Source: Leucoraja ocellata (Eukaryota). From it: a DNA stretch of 64,000 bases. Position numbers and translations under genes: made by a program. The stretch covers positions 2,418,001-2,482,000 of the forward strand of contig JAWMAR010000269.1 of the NCBI GenBank assembly GCA_036785375.1. Reading direction: 5' to 3'. Shown here one piece after another: positions 63,130 to 64,000 of the stretch. Every line of letters starts with the position of its first letter. Position 1 is the stretch's first letter. The notes beneath the pieces were generated by a model, which saw only the letters and a list, made by a program, of their open reading frames with translations, was not told where the DNA came from and did not search any database.

Positions 63130-64000
63130 ATCAAAACTGTTTCCATTATCTTCAGTCATTTAAATGTCACATTATGAAGGTGAGTCACTCAAACGTGTGT
63201 TGAGCAAAAAACATATTCCATAAAATTGCAGTAAGCAAGAGAAGTAGGTAGCTTTTCTAAAAGTTATTTTGCTTTTTAAATTTGGAGCATATTTCCAATG
63301 ACCATGGTATCATGATAGACAGTGGTTTGCTGTACTTTAAATTGATTATATTCTGGTGTGTTTGTGAAATTCTATGCAATGTTCTTGATTGTTAGTTTCT
63401 CAGAATGAAGTGCCCTTCATCCCATTCTTACTGTTAACGACATTCTATCTTGTCAACTTCTATCATAGTTTCAGCTATTTACAAAGGTATTTATTCTGAC
63501 TTTTAATGGTCTCCCAGGCAGTTTGGACATAGAAGAGCCAAAACCTACTAGTAATTCTGAGAATGTGTTCACGAGCAAGTCAATCAAACAATAGCAGAGA
63601 AACAGACTGATACCAAATAAACAGTCCATTTAGTACAGTGCCAGGTTTACTTTTCCATTAAAATCAATGTTAAAGGAAATTGGGCGCAGTGTAAAAGGCA
63701 CTGCTCATTCATTCAGGGTCCATTTTGTGCTACTGGCTTTGACAACTTTCACCATAAAAATGTATTTCCACTGCAAACAGTGTTTCAGAATCAGCTGACT
63801 AACAGCACGTGCAACACATTTGTCTCTAATATTACATTTTTAAAATCTGCTTTTTGCTGTTATTCCATAAATATTCTCAAATAAAAAAATAGGTTTATAT
63901 AAATGGGCATAATTGTTTATATCATTAAATAATTCCTAAGTACAGAAATTAATATTTGATGCCTGGTGCTTCTCAGAATAAAAATCTCTGTAAATAATAT

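Overview
Eukaryotic, AT-rich vertebrate DNA. The repeat content (HE1/V-SINE-type SINEs, CR1-like LINE tails, abundant Penelope remnants) suggests a cartilaginous fish, probably a skate or ray; this is inference. One host coding exon is supported: the large exon of a teashirt gene, best matching TSHZ2 (60026-63114, + strand). It begins after a phase-1 AG acceptor and is followed by a donor 9 nt past the stop. The preceding ~60 kb is most likely the 3' part of the long TSHZ2 intron, filled with retroelements, MITEs of three DNA-transposon superfamilies and a Helitron, with repeat-free blocks that may be conserved enhancers. The most striking non-coding signal is a dispersed family of ~100-250 bp Penelope-derived elements carrying a minimal hammerhead-ribozyme motif (CTGAAGA-A-helix II-GAAA-CG-TC). 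Many form fold-back palindromes and are flanked by imperfect 10-16 bp direct repeats. A Neptune-type Penelope fragment with an open GIY-YIG ORF carries the same motif. All family assignments come from motif recognition by eye, not database searches; boundaries of degenerate repeats are approximate.
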